Origin: an uncultured Gammaproteobacteria bacterium
Lineage (GTDB): Bacteria > Patescibacteriota > Patescibacteriia > VMEV01 > CAYQCH01
Direction of reading: 5' to 3'
NCBI GenBank assembly: GCA_964352335.1
Contig: CAYGRO010000004.1
Location: 42,970 to 106,969 of the forward strand
Length of the DNA: 64,000 bases
In this document: positions 9,240-20,120 of the stretch, piece after piece
Layout: every line of letters starts with the position of its first letter
Position numbering within the stretch: the stretch's first letter is position 1
The notes under the pieces: model-generated
The model's input: the letters and a program-made list of their open reading frames with translations, nothing else
Database searches by the model: none
Told to the model about the DNA's origin: nothing
Program-made: the position numbers and the translations under genes

Positions 9240-10682
9240 TTATTTTTTATGAACCTTTTGTCCAGAATTAGTATCCTCAACGGTCCATCCAAGTTGATCT
9301 ATTTGGTCACGTAATCGATCTGAAGCTTCAAAATCTCGTTGATCTCGAGCAATTTGTCGTCTAGCAAGTAATTCTTCTATTTCTGGTGGTAAATCTTCCG
9401 TGGTTTTTGCCATAGCTTCTAAATCTAATCCCAAAACTTCATCAGATTTAAGTAACCATTTCCAAATGGCACCAGGAGAAACAGCTAAAGTATTATTCGC
9501 CAACTGAGAATTTATGTCTTTAACAAGATCAAAAACAATAGCAAGGGCGGTAGGTGCATTTAAATCATCATTAACAGCTTCTTTAAAAGCATCTTCTTTA
9601 TCACTGAGATATTTTTTATCTTGATCTACCACTTTTCCATCTCGTAGTGAATAAATTGTTCGAACAAATTGGTTTAATCGCTCTCGGCCTTCTTTAGCTG
9701 AATCTAAAATAGCCCAAGAAAATTTCATATGACTTCTATAATGGGCTTGCAATGTGGCAAATTTAAAATCAAGAGGGGAGTAACCTTTTTCTGTAAGAGA
9801 ATCTAATGTCAAAAAAGTTCCGGCTGATTTAGACATTTTTGCATCTCCGTCGAGGGCTAAAAATTCATTATGCAACCAGTAATTTGCAAAGGGTTTTCCA
9901 GTAGCACTTTCAGATTGAGCAATTTCATTGGTGTGGTGAACAGGGACATGGTCGATACCTCCAGTATGGATATCAAATGTTTGGCCTAAGTATTTCATGG
10001 CCATAGCAGAACATTCTAAATGCCATCCTGGAAAACCTTTACCCCATGGTGATTCCCATTCCATTTCTCTTTGAGAGTCTTTTGGAGAAAATTTCCATAA
10101 TGCAAAATCTGTGCTATTTTTCTTTTCAGAATTTTTTTCTATACGTGCACCTTCTTGCAAGCCTTCTAGATCTAAGAGGGCAAGTTTTCCATAGTCACTA
10201 AGTTCAGATGTATCAAAATAAACACCGTCAGAAATGGTATATGTAAATCCTTTTTCTTCCAATTGTTTAATTAAATCGATTTGCTCAGGAATATGGTCGG
10301 TCGCTTTTGGTTCAATCGTTGGTGGAAGTGTTTGTAAACTTGCTACATCATCATGAAAAATCTTTGTATAATACTCAGCAATTTCAAAGGCAGTTTTTCC
10401 TTCACGCTTTGCTCCTTTTTCCATTTTATCTTCTCCTTCATCCCCATCAGAAACTAAATGACCTACATCAGTGATATTTCTCACATGGGTGACATTATAC
10501 CCATTCATCAGTAAGACTCTTTTCAATAAGTCTGCAAACAAAACCGCTCGCATATTTCCAAGATGTTGTCGGTCATAAACAGTGGGACCACAACTATAAA
10601 AGCCCACTTCTGGTGGGTTAATTGGGGTAAAAGCTTCTTTTCTTCGATGAAGCGTATTATAAAGGTAAAGTTGTTCGTCCAT
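9240..10682 (-). CDS. cysS: Cysteinyl-tRNA synthetase
   Basis: Motifs CGPTVYD, HLGN (HIGH class) and KMSKS. Confidence 0.9.
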   Translation of the reverse strand: MDEQLYLYNTLHRRKEAFTPINPPEVGFYSCGPTVYDRQHLGNMRAVLFADLLKRVLLMNGYNVTHVRNITDVGHLVSDGDEGEDKMEKGAKREGKTAFEIAEYYTKIFHDDVASLQTLPPTIEPKATDHIPEQIDLIKQLEEKGFTYTISDGVYFDTSELSDYGKLALLDLEGLQEGARIEKNSEKKNSTDFALWKFSPKDSQREMEWESPWGKGFPGWHLECSAMAMKYLGQTFDIHTGGIDHVPVHHTNEIAQSESATGKPFANYWLHNEFLALDGDAKMSKSAGTFLTLDSLTEKGYSPLDFKFATLQAHYRSHMKFSWAILDSAKEGRERLNQFVRTIYSLRDGKVVDQDKKYLSDKEDAFKEAVNDDLNAPTALAIVFDLVKDINSQLANNTLAVSPGAIWKWLLKSDEVLGLDLEAMAKTTEDLPPEIEELLARRQIARDQRDFEASDRLRDQIDQLGWTVEDTNSGQKVHKK

Positions 10683-10749
10683 ATATTCTGCTAAGATTAG
10701 TTACTATAATGAGATTATACGGGCTGATACCAAATGTCAATTTAGCAGT

Positions 10750-11733
10750 TTAAATCCATTTTTTCACTTTAAAATAAGCGAAGGCAAAGCTAGATAAAAT
10801 GACAACAAAAACAACAGTCAAGACAAAACCTTGGGGGTGATTGGCAAAAGGAATGAGCTTAAAGTTCATTCCAAAAATAGAGGCGACCATGGTCATTGGT
10901 GCAATAATTACAGTAAAAATGGTCAAGTTTTTTAAAATATCGTTTAAGTAAAACGAGCTCAAAGATTCATAAGTCTGTCGTAATGTGTCGATCGCTTCTG
11001 TATGCGATTCCAAATTTGTCCAAACAATACGTGGATACTCCATCATGTCTTGAATTCCCGCTAAGATTGTTCGTCCATGTGAAAATTCTGGAAGCACATT
11101 CGCGAGTTTATCAATAACCATCGAATGGCTACGCATAATTTTACGAAAATCCACGACTTCTCTTTCAATGGTAAATAAATCTTTTACAATTTTTCTATTT
11201 CCTAAATCTTCACTAAAAATCTTTTCTTCAATTTGATCAATCGAAAGTGCTAATCGATCAGAAATTGGCATGCAGTACGCGTACAATTGTGTTGTAAGCC
11301 AAGGGACAATATTTTCAGGGGAAAAATGATGTGGAGAGAATTCAGCTGCGAGATTGTCTAATTCTTGTTTCAGAATTTGCATTGGTGGAATTGTATTTGT
11401 ATGAACAAAAAGCACCATCTCTGGAAAAATGAACATTTCAAGTTTAGCGGAAGTTATTGAATTGGTTTTCGTATTTTCAATTGGGAAAATTAAAATAACA
11501 AAAAGATAATTTTCTCGAACAGTAATTTTTGGTCGTTGAAAAGTTGGCAATGTATCGTTTAAATCGGATCGTTCAATTTGAAACTCTTCAGAAAGAAATT
11601 GTATTTCTTCTTTTGCCGTTTTTTTGATATTGACAATTGAGTAAGGGCCATAATGAATTGTTTCAATATGGTTGGAAATTTTTTCAAATTGTGGGATTTG
11701 TTTTTGTTTCATATTTCTTCTCTTATTGTACAA
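10750..11733 (-). CDS. corA: Magnesium transporter CorA
   Basis: C-terminal GMNF motif and two TM helices. Confidence 0.85.
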   Translation of the reverse strand: MYNKRRNMKQKQIPQFEKISNHIETIHYGPYSIVNIKKTAKEEIQFLSEEFQIERSDLNDTLPTFQRPKITVRENYLFVILIFPIENTKTNSITSAKLEMFIFPEMVLFVHTNTIPPMQILKQELDNLAAEFSPHHFSPENIVPWLTTQLYAYCMPISDRLALSIDQIEEKIFSEDLGNRKIVKDLFTIEREVVDFRKIMRSHSMVIDKLANVLPEFSHGRTILAGIQDMMEYPRIVWTNLESHTEAIDTLRQTYESLSSFYLNDILKNLTIFTVIIAPMTMVASIFGMNFKLIPFANHPQGFVLTVVFVVILSSFAFAYFKVKKWI

Positions 11734-11781
11734 CTATTTTCTGTTTTCTAAAACACTTGTAGCAAGAGAAGCAGGAAGAAA

Positions 11782-12630
11782 CTAAATGAGTTCTAAAATA
11801 ACGATACGATCTAAATTTGCTAAATCTTTTTTTACTTTACATAAATAGGGAAGTTGCATTTCTTTTACCCACTTTGTAAATGATTCAACTTGGTATGGCA
11901 TCATTTCAAAATAGATTTTTCCATGAGGCTTTAAAACAGATACCGCTTGTTGTGCACATTTTTTCATTAATGCAAATCCATTGTCACTTGCGATGAGTGC
12001 ACTTTTGGGCTCAAATGCTAAATCTGGCGCCGTTATTGAATCAACCAAGTCTGATTCTGTTAAATAGGGCAAGTTCGCTAAGATCAAATCTAGCTTAATT
12101 GCTTGTTTCTCAAATAATTCAAGCAAATTTGATTCTAAAAAAGTAACACCACTTGCATCAAGTTTATTGGCATTGGTTTTAGCAATTTCTAAAGCGTCTA
12201 AACTTGTATCAACACCAATAACTTTTGCTGTTGGGAATACGGTAGAAATTGTAATGGCCAAACACCCAGAACCTGTTCCAATATCTGCAATGACAAGCTT
12301 TTGGTAATTTCTATACTGTTCTTTTGCTAAGTCAATCATCAATTCACTTTCCGGTCGAGGGATAAGTACAGATGGTGTAACCAGAAAATCTTTGCCGTAA
12401 AAAGCCTTTTTACCTGTAATATAGGCAATCGGTTCATGGGCAAGTCTTCTTTGAACGAGTTCTCCAAAATCTTTAATTTGTTTTTTAGCTAAAATTTCAT
12501 CTGTATGTGTTAAAACCCATGATCGTTCTTTTTTCAAGATAAAACTTAATAACACCTCAGCATCAAGTTGAGGTGTTAACTGTTGTTCTAAAATGTCAGT
12601 TGCAGCTTTTAACGACTGTAATATAGTCAT
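11782..12630 (-). CDS. prmC: Release factor glutamine methyltransferase PrmC/HemK
   Basis: Motifs DIGTGSG and NLPY. It sits immediately downstream of prfA. Confidence 0.85.
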   Translation of the reverse strand: MTILQSLKAATDILEQQLTPQLDAEVLLSFILKKERSWVLTHTDEILAKKQIKDFGELVQRRLAHEPIAYITGKKAFYGKDFLVTPSVLIPRPESELMIDLAKEQYRNYQKLVIADIGTGSGCLAITISTVFPTAKVIGVDTSLDALEIAKTNANKLDASGVTFLESNLLELFEKQAIKLDLILANLPYLTESDLVDSITAPDLAFEPKSALIASDNGFALMKKCAQQAVSVLKPHGKIYFEMMPYQVESFTKWVKEMQLPYLCKVKKDLANLDRIVILELI

Positions 12631-12631
12631 A

Positions 12632-13705
12632 TTAGTTTTGCTCTTGATCTACTTGTTGCGCCATTTTTTGAGCTTCACGTAATTTATCGACAATGATATC
12701 TAAATCACCAGCCATCACCAAATTAATATTATGCACAGTTAATTTAATTCGATGATCCGTGATTCTATCTTGAGGGATATTATACGTTCTAATTTTTTCT
12801 GAACGATCACCTGTTCCCACTTGGTCTCGTCTTGCATCAGCTAATTCTTTTGCTTTCTTTTCTTCCAAATGAGCTAAGAGTCGAGAACGTAATACTTTCA
12901 TGGCGCTTTCTCTATTCTGTTGTTGTGATCTTTCGTCTTGGCATTGAACCACAAGTCCAGAAGGAATATGAGTAATACGAACAGCGGAATTTGTTGTATT
13001 TACTTTTTGACCACCTTTTCCTCCAGCAGCATATGTATCTACACGTAAATCACTTGGGTCAATAGTAATATCGGTTTCTTCAGCTTCGGGTAATACTGCT
13101 ACAGTTGCAGTAGATGTATGAATACGTCCACTCTTTTCAGTTTCGGGCACTCGTTGAACGCGATGAACACCACTTTCAAATTTCATCCGGCCATAGGCGC
13201 CATTACCTTTGACCATAAAAATAACTTCTTTAAAACCACCAATACCAATTTGGTTAGAAGAAATTAACTCTGTTTTCCAACCCTTTATTTCTGAATAACG
13301 GGAATACATTCTAAAAAGATCTCCAGCAAAAAGTGCTGCTTCATCACCACCAGCACCACCACGAATTTCGATGATAACATTCTTTTCATCATACGGGTCT
13401 TCTACAATCAATACTTCATCTAATTCTTCTATTAATGCTTTTTTTCGAGATTGAATTAATGTTAATTCGTCAGACGCGAGCTTTTTAAATTCTTCATCTT
13501 TGCTTTGTTCTGCTGTCGTTTGTGCTTCTTGTTCTGCGACTTCTAATTCTCGGATTTCACGAATGAATTTCATTGGTTCTTGCAAAGCGGCATATTTTTT
13601 ATTGATCTCTTTTAATTCTTGATGTTGCATCACAACTGAAGTATCAGAAAGTTGTGCTTCCAGTTCATTGAATTCTTTTTCAATTTGTTCAAATTTGGGT
13701 TTCAT
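12632..13705 (-). CDS. prfA: Peptide chain release factor 1
   Basis: Motifs GGQ and [15 protein letters not shown] (PxT-type). Confidence 0.9.
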   Translation of the reverse strand: MKPKFEQIEKEFNELEAQLSDTSVVMQHQELKEINKKYAALQEPMKFIREIRELEVAEQEAQTTAEQSKDEEFKKLASDELTLIQSRKKALIEELDEVLIVEDPYDEKNVIIEIRGGAGGDEAALFAGDLFRMYSRYSEIKGWKTELISSNQIGIGGFKEVIFMVKGNGAYGRMKFESGVHRVQRVPETEKSGRIHTSTATVAVLPEAEETDITIDPSDLRVDTYAAGGKGGQKVNTTNSAVRITHIPSGLVVQCQDERSQQQNRESAMKVLRSRLLAHLEEKKAKELADARRDQVGTGDRSEKIRTYNIPQDRITDHRIKLTVHNINLVMAGDLDIIVDKLREAQKMAQQVDQEQN

Positions 13706-13769
13706 ACAAGAATACTATCATTAAAATACAAAGATCCCACAATTGTGGGATCTTATTTCTTCAGCGAAG

Positions 13770-14141
13770 TTATTTTTTTTCAGCTTTTTTCTTTGCAGTA
13801 GAAGCTTTCGCAGATGTTGTTTCTGGTTTTGCTTCTTTTTTCGCTTTTGCTTCAGCACGTTTTACTTTACGTCCTTTTGTTGCAGCTGCCATTTCTTTTT
13901 GCTTTTCCAATTTAGCTTGGAATTTGTCTACACGTTTAGCTGTGTCTACAAGGATTTGTTTTCCAGTATAAAATGGATGTGTTGCAGAACTTACTTCAAC
14001 GAGGATATGTGGGTATTCATTCCCATCGTCCCATTTTGTTGTTGTTTCTGCTGTAAGTGTTGATTTTGTAATAAATCGAAAACCACCTGCTGTGTCTTCA
14101 AAGACCACTGGATGATAATCTGGATGGATGTCTTTTTTCAT
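13770..14141 (-). CDS. rpmE: Ribosomal protein L31 with Lys/Ala-rich C-terminal extension
   Basis: The [15 protein letters not shown]-terminus. Confidence 0.8.
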   Translation of the reverse strand: MKKDIHPDYHPVVFEDTAGGFRFITKSTLTAETTTKWDDGNEYPHILVEVSSATHPFYTGKQILVDTAKRVDKFQAKLEKQKEMAAATKGRKVKRAEAKAKKEAKPETTSAKASTAKKKAEKK

Positions 14142-14483
14142 AATAACTGTGTCGATTAGTAAAATGTGAACCTATAGTACCAGAAAAGAATTTCTTTGGC
14201 AAGGGGGTGCTGTCAAAAATAGATGACAACAATACCTCCGTAAATACAGGGCTAGATAGACTTATACACTTTTCGCTTTGACGATAACCTGTTTTCGCAT
14301 TATTCTATGAACAGTATGAAAACAACGCAAATTACAACATGGATGAAGCAATGCCTCAATTTCGCAATTGTGGTCTTTGTCATTTCAGGTTGTAGCGTTG
14401 GGTAAATACGAAAACATAACAAGTTTCGAAACACTCTCAATGCTAGGCCTAAAAACCTGGCGTTTGTCGTTTTAGGGGAAATC

Positions 14484-14756
14484 GTGAGTAATCAAAACAA
14501 CTCTGTTTGTGAAGTTTCTGCAGAGTCAGCGGAATCTGCAGAAGTCGTCGTCAAGCCTGAGGATTACTGGACTCGTCGTTCAGAAATTCCTCCTCAGTAT
14601 CTCGCCGGTGCTCGTCGTGCAGCCCTCCTTGCGTCAGCTCGCGTTCAGTCGGATCGGCTGCATGCGGCTTGCGTGGTCGAGGCTAGGCAGGCACATCAGT
14701 CGGGGCGAATTCCCGGCATACCAAGCGAAGACCAGTTGGTCCCACGCTCCTACTAG
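14484..14756 (+). CDS. Hypothetical ORF in a GC-rich island (14480-14860); it could instead be a structured RNA
   Basis: GC-rich segment carrying two overlapping ORFs of 90 and 115 aa. No homology recognised. Confidence 0.25.
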   Translation: MSNQNNSVCEVSAESAESAEVVVKPEDYWTRRSEIPPQYLAGARRAALLASARVQSDRLHAACVVEARQAHQSGRIPGIPSEDQLVPRSY

Positions 14757-14867
14757 TCTAAGGAGCAGGGAACAAGACGGAGATGGGGCTAGGAAGCATT
14801 TTGCAACCTGGTTCCGTCTCCGTTTTCATTTTATCGCAAAAAACGATACTCTATAAAAAGGAATGAT

Positions 14868-15593
14868 ATGAAAACTGTGATAAAAGAAGTGAAGTCAAGA
14901 TTGAAAATAATGGAAAAAAAGGAAGTAGCTGAAAAACTGGCTTCCTATTTAAAGACGAATTACGCATGCTTAGGTCTTTCTGTTCCACAAATGCGGAAAT
15001 TTGTTGTACAAGGCTATTCATTTTATACAAACTCACCAGAATCAATTTTAACCACTTGGACAAGAGTAATTCAAAATGCCACTTACTTTGAAGAAATAAG
15101 CCAAGCACTTTTATATTATCAATACAGAAAAGATGACCTTTCGCTCAAACATTTTAGGACATTTAAAAAATGGATTCCGTTTATAGATAATTGGGAGCAT
15201 TCAGATAGAATGTCAGATCTTTTAGCTGTTTTACATGAAAAGTTTCCTAAACAAGTTTATGCTGAATACGTAAAATGGAATAAACAGAAAAATCCTTGGT
15301 TTAGGCGGCAATCTATAGTAGGGTTATTTTATTACAGCTCCATGCGAAAATTGTATCCATCTTTTGCAAAAGCTATCAAATTGGTAGATGCTCTCATTCC
15401 TGATTCAGATCTTTATGTTCAAAAAGGAGTAGGGTGGACATTGCGCGAATTGTATAATGTCTATCCAGAAAAGACATATGCATATTTAGTCGAGAAGGCA
15501 AAAGTAATTCCTCCTGCTGCTTGGCAAGCATCTACAGAAAAGTTATCAAAAAAAGACAAAGCTCAGCTTATGAAAATAAGAAAAACAAAATAA
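14868..15593 (+). CDS. DNA alkylation repair protein (AlkD/AlkC-like HEAT-repeat glycosylase family)
   Basis: 241-aa helical-repeat protein. The composition and motifs resemble the DNA alkylation repair enzyme family. Confidence 0.45.
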   Translation: MKTVIKEVKSRLKIMEKKEVAEKLASYLKTNYACLGLSVPQMRKFVVQGYSFYTNSPESILTTWTRVIQNATYFEEISQALLYYQYRKDDLSLKHFRTFKKWIPFIDNWEHSDRMSDLLAVLHEKFPKQVYAEYVKWNKQKNPWFRRQSIVGLFYYSSMRKLYPSFAKAIKLVDALIPDSDLYVQKGVGWTLRELYNVYPEKTYAYLVEKAKVIPPAAWQASTEKLSKKDKAQLMKIRKTK

Positions 15594-15633
15594 TTGTCAT
15601 TAAACTAGTTGATTCAATTTTTAAAACAACTCT

Positions 15634-16071
15634 ATGTTAGCAAAGAAAACTTTTTTCATCATTCTCTTATTGGTAGGGCTCGGAGGTTTGTTTTATTGGT
15701 TTACCAAACCAGAACCATGTGGTGACTGTGAACTCCCGCAAACAACAAATGACAACCCAGACATTATTCGCCCAGGGTTTCCAAATGCGGACTCTATTCC
15801 AGTAACTCATACAAAGGATAATGGGGTACAGACAATTTCCGGTGTACTCACTTTGCCAGATCCTTGCTATTCGATTGAGCATACTGTCGATGTGAAACTC
15901 CCAATTCCAGAGCTTGTAACAATTGATATCACAACACCACGTTCAGATCAGCTCTGTGCCACTGTGATTACAGATAAAGAGTTTACAGTAACATTCAATG
16001 CAAGTGACGAAGCGATAATCACTGCCACATTAAACGGGAAAGATGTCACTCTTTTTGAAAGCAAAAACTAA
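15634..16071 (+). CDS. Secreted/membrane-anchored hypothetical protein
   Basis: N-terminal signal/TM helix. Confidence 0.5.
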   Translation: MLAKKTFFIILLLVGLGGLFYWFTKPEPCGDCELPQTTNDNPDIIRPGFPNADSIPVTHTKDNGVQTISGVLTLPDPCYSIEHTVDVKLPIPELVTIDITTPRSDQLCATVITDKEFTVTFNASDEAIITATLNGKDVTLFESKN

Positions 16072-16073
16072 GT

Positions 16074-16640
16074 ATGCATCAACAAGCGATAGATCAATTA
16101 GAAAAAATGGTCGAATTTGAAACACAATTCGATTCCAAGTTTGCTGTGGACTCAGCAACAGGGAAGTATTTATACAATTTTGTTTTAGAGAAAAAAACAA
16201 AGCGTATTTTAGAATTAGGGACTTGGCGAGGTGCTTCTGGTATTTATCTGGCAGCTGCTTTACAAGAATTAGGTGGTGGAGAGCTTGTAACGGTAGATAT
16301 TGGTAATGATCGAGTATTACAAGCAAAAGAAAATTTTCTACATGCTGGAGTAACAAATGTGATTACACAGGTTATTAGTGATATCTATGAATACTTACCC
16401 AAGGACGCAACCGTTTACGATTTGGTTTTTATGGATGCTTCAAAAAAAGATCAATGTGCTTGGTTAAAACAATTGCTGCATCAAAATCTACAAAAAGGAA
16501 GTTGGGTAATTGTAGATGATTATCTTTCCATGGGAGATCGAATGGATGATTTAACAAAATTCGTCCAATCAAATCCACTTTTAACATCAACAATCGAAAA
16601 AATTGACGATGGTTTACTCATCATCGAAGTGCTATCATAA
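16074..16640 (+). CDS. SAM-dependent O-methyltransferase (family 3-like)
   Basis: Motifs ILELGTWRGASG and VTVDI. Confidence 0.65.
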   Translation: MHQQAIDQLEKMVEFETQFDSKFAVDSATGKYLYNFVLEKKTKRILELGTWRGASGIYLAAALQELGGGELVTVDIGNDRVLQAKENFLHAGVTNVITQVISDIYEYLPKDATVYDLVFMDASKKDQCAWLKQLLHQNLQKGSWVIVDDYLSMGDRMDDLTKFVQSNPLLTSTIEKIDDGLLIIEVLS

Positions 16641-16709
16641 GGAGAGAGGTCCACTGTAATAGTACGCTTCTACAACTTTTACGACTTTACATTTTTACGT
16701 TCTACTTTT

Positions 16710-18146
16710 ATGCCAACAACTCCAAGAAAAAAAGAAATCAAACCAGAAGATATTTCAAAAAAGTTCCATGAACCAATTGACTTTAAACAGCCTTGGCGAA
16801 TTTTTAAAATCATGGCGGAATTTGTAGAAGGGTATGACTTTATCAATAATTTACATCGTGTTGTTTCTATTTTAGGTTCTGCCAGAACAAAGCCGACAGA
16901 TAAATGGTATAAGGAAGCTGTAAAATTAGGAGAGTTACTTGCGAAGGGTAAATACACCACACTCACAGGTGGTGGCCCAGGAATCATGCAAGCTGCCAAT
17001 AAAGGTGCCTTTGAAGCTGGGGGGGATTCAGTTGGGATCAATATTGAATTACCAATGGAACAAGTTTTAAACCCATATGTAAAAAAATCAAAAGGGTTTG
17101 ATTACTTTTTTACAAGAAAATTAATGTTGCTAACACCTGCACAAGCCTATGTATTTTTCCCAGGTGGATATGGAACCCTCGATGAATTTTTCGAAGTATT
17201 TGACTATATGGAAATTGGTCAATTACATGAAGCTCCTTTAATTGTCGTTGGGAAAGAATATTGGCAACCTGTTTTAGATTTTCTTTCAGGCCCTGCATGC
17301 GAGCAAGGTATTTTAAATAATAAAATGCTTGATCGAGTTTTTTTAGTCAATACAGCAGAAGAAGCTTATGATATTATTTCAACAACAAAAGAATTAGCAT
17401 CTGCGGTTTGTCCATTATCTGCCGATCAATTCGCTTGCGAAAGAGAAATTAACTGGCGAGTGTTTAAAATCATGGCAGAACTTGTAGAAGGTTTTGACAT
17501 GGTAACTCGTTTCCATGATGACGTAACTATTTTGGGTTCAAAAGCAATGTCGGAGGAAACAGAATATTATCATCAAGCATATCGTCTTGGTTTAGGACTT
17601 GGTCGTGCTGGATATACAGTTGTTACAGGAGGTGGTCCAGGTATTACAGAAGCTGCTAATAAAGGAGCGTATCAAGTAGGAGCAAATTCAGTTGGTCTTA
17701 TTTTACGTGATGGTATCGAAGATTCATCAAATCCTTATTTAAATTCTCATGCGCTCTTTCAGTATCCATTTACAAGAAAACTTATTTTAACAGCGCCTTC
17801 TCATGGCTTTGTTATTTTTCCTGGAGGTCTTGGGACCATGCATCAAGTATTTGAATTACTTACTTTGATGCAAACAGAAAAAGCACAGAAAATCCCTGTC
17901 GTCTTTTTTGACTCAGAGTATTGGAAGCCGATGTTACAATATTTAGAATCTGTTTTACTAAAGCAATTTAAGACTATTTCTCCTGGAGATGAAAAATTAT
18001 ATACGGTTGTAGATACAATTGAAGAAGTACAAAAAATTATTGCTCAACAACCTCGAGAAAGTGGAGACAGAACTAAGAAAACAACAAAAAAGCAGACTAA
18101 TGCTAGATTGTCGAAAAAAGTTGTAAAAAAGGCTAAAAAGAAGTAA
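16710..18146 (+). CDS. Tandem-duplicated LOG family protein (two Rossmann LOG domains plus a Lys-rich tail)
   Basis: Two copies of the GGGPGIM...PGGxGTxxE motif set. Confidence 0.75.
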   Translation: MPTTPRKKEIKPEDISKKFHEPIDFKQPWRIFKIMAEFVEGYDFINNLHRVVSILGSARTKPTDKWYKEAVKLGELLAKGKYTTLTGGGPGIMQAANKGAFEAGGDSVGINIELPMEQVLNPYVKKSKGFDYFFTRKLMLLTPAQAYVFFPGGYGTLDEFFEVFDYMEIGQLHEAPLIVVGKEYWQPVLDFLSGPACEQGILNNKMLDRVFLVNTAEEAYDIISTTKELASAVCPLSADQFACEREINWRVFKIMAELVEGFDMVTRFHDDVTILGSKAMSEETEYYHQAYRLGLGLGRAGYTVVTGGGPGITEAANKGAYQVGANSVGLILRDGIEDSSNPYLNSHALFQYPFTRKLILTAPSHGFVIFPGGLGTMHQVFELLTLMQTEKAQKIPVVFFDSEYWKPMLQYLESVLLKQFKTISPGDEKLYTVVDTIEEVQKIIAQQPRESGDRTKKTTKKQTNARLSKKVVKKAKKK

Positions 18147-18203
18147 TTTGTAAAAACTTTGTAATATAAACCTAACTGATTCGTTTGTATAATACGAATC
18201 AGT

Positions 18204-18941
18204 TTGTCTTTAAAGAGCTATATGAATCAAGTACCAAAACATATCGGTTTTATCATGGATGGTAATCGTCGTTGGGCCAAAGAAAGAAATTTGTCAGAGC
18301 AAGAAGGGCATGAAGCTGGAGCAAAAGCATTAATGAATCTCATAGAAGCCTGTGCCAAGCATGGCGTAGAAACAGTAACTGTTTATGCTTTAAGTACAGA
18401 AAATTTAAAAAAACGTAGCGCCAAAGAAATTGCTGGGCTTTTCCAAATTCTAACCCGCTGGTTGGGGAGGGAGAGAAATAGAATGGAAAAAAATGGTGTG
18501 CGTGTTACTTTTTTAGGTGGATTACGTGATTTACCAAAAAAGATTCAGCGAGCAACACAAGAAGCAATGGATGTACTCAAAAAAAATGAGCGAATCAAAT
18601 GTAATATCATGCTTAATTATGGAGGGAGAGATGAATTAATTAATGCGGTAAAAATGATAGTCAAAGATGGAGTGCCCGCCGATCAAATTAATGAAGATCT
18701 TATCTCTAGCCATCTCTATACAAAAAATTCGCCAGACCCAGATTTAATCGTTCGTACTGGTGGCGACAAACGCATGAGTAATTTCCTTATTTGGCAAATG
18801 TCCTATGCGGAACTTTATTTTACTAATACCTATTGGCCAGATTTTGATGAAAAAGAATTAGACAAAGTTCTCGATGATTATGCTAACCGTTCTCGAAGAT
18901 TTGGAGGACAAGATCTTGTTTTGAAAACTGAAAAGGTTTAA
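18204..18941 (+). CDS. uppS: Undecaprenyl diphosphate synthase
   Basis: Motifs GFIMDGNRRWA and RTGG. Confidence 0.9.
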   Translation: MSLKSYMNQVPKHIGFIMDGNRRWAKERNLSEQEGHEAGAKALMNLIEACAKHGVETVTVYALSTENLKKRSAKEIAGLFQILTRWLGRERNRMEKNGVRVTFLGGLRDLPKKIQRATQEAMDVLKKNERIKCNIMLNYGGRDELINAVKMIVKDGVPADQINEDLISSHLYTKNSPDPDLIVRTGGDKRMSNFLIWQMSYAELYFTNTYWPDFDEKELDKVLDDYANRSRRFGGQDLVLKTEKV

Positions 18942-18944
18942 TTC

Positions 18945-19048
18945 AATACCGCCCCCGCCCCCTCCTAGAAGGAGGGGAGAAAAGACACTTTTTTCATGCT
19001 GCTACCCCCCTCCTTCTAGGAGGAGCTGGGGGCGGTAAGCGATAAGCA
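18945..19048. repeat. Pair of GC-rich CCTCC-TAG-GGAGG palindromes
   Basis: The sequences ccccctcctagaaggaggggag and cccccctccttctaggaggagctggggg. Confidence 0.5.
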
Positions 19049-19064
19049 AAACTACTATTCCGCT

Positions 19065-20117
19065 ATGAAACGCTCAGAACTTTACTTCGATTTGCCACAA
19101 GAATTAATTGCTCAAGAACCTGCTATACCTCGGGATTCTTGTCGTTTGATGGTTTTAGACAGAAAACAACAATCAATAAGCAATGATCATTTTTACAACC
19201 TAGATAATTACCTTAAAAAAGGAGATGTGCTCGTTTTTAACCAATCTAAAGTATTGCCCGCACGATTGCACGGAAAGCTAGGCGAAAAGGAAAGAGAAGT
19301 ATTATTGCTTAAAGAAATCAAACAAGGGGAGTGGGAGGTTCTTATTGGTGGAAAAGTAAAATTGGGTGATAAAATTATATTTTCAAAAGAGCTTTCTTGT
19401 TCAATTGTAGAAAAAAAGGAAGGTATCTACCTAGTTCATTTTACGCAAATAGGTTTAGATTTTTTGCATACCATCGAAGCAATAGGGCAAGCTCCAACTC
19501 CACCTTATGTAAAAAAGATGCTAGAAGATAATAGTCTTTATCAAACGGTTTATGCCAAAGAGCTAGGTTCAGCAGCTGCCCCAACGGCTGGCCTCCATTT
19601 TACAAAAGAGCAATTAATCACACTCCAAGAACAAGGAGTGCAATTAGAATATGTGACACTACATGTTGGTTTAGGAACGTTTCAACCGATTAAGACAGAA
19701 GTAGTTGAAGACCATCCCATTCATAGTGAATTTTATAGCGTAGACCAAGAAACGATTCAGAGAATTAGAGAAGCAAAGGATCAGAGTCGACGCGTGATTG
19801 CTGTGGGGACAACATCCGTTCGAGTTCTCGAAACCATTTTCTCAAACAATCAACAAGCCACTAGCAACGAGCCACAAGCAATATCAGGAGAAACAAATAT
19901 CTTCATCTACCCAGGTTATGAATTTAAATGTGTAGATGCTTTAATCACAAATTTTCACACGCCGTATTCATCACTTCTTGCTCTTGTATTTGCGCTTGCC
20001 CAATCGGCAGGCTCAGGGCCTTCGGCAGGAAAGGAATTTATTTTAAAAGCGTATAAACAAGCAGTAGAAGAACAGTATCGTTTTTTCAGTTTTGGAGACG
20101 CAATGTTTATTCAATAA
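19065..20117 (+). CDS. queA: S-adenosylmethionine:tRNA ribosyltransferase-isomerase
   Basis: The N-terminal MKRSELYFDLPQELIAQEP signature. Confidence 0.9.
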   Translation: MKRSELYFDLPQELIAQEPAIPRDSCRLMVLDRKQQSISNDHFYNLDNYLKKGDVLVFNQSKVLPARLHGKLGEKEREVLLLKEIKQGEWEVLIGGKVKLGDKIIFSKELSCSIVEKKEGIYLVHFTQIGLDFLHTIEAIGQAPTPPYVKKMLEDNSLYQTVYAKELGSAAAPTAGLHFTKEQLITLQEQGVQLEYVTLHVGLGTFQPIKTEVVEDHPIHSEFYSVDQETIQRIREAKDQSRRVIAVGTTSVRVLETIFSNNQQATSNEPQAISGETNIFIYPGYEFKCVDALITNFHTPYSSLLALVFALAQSAGSGPSAGKEFILKAYKQAVEEQYRFFSFGDAMFIQ

Positions 20118-20120
20118 ACT

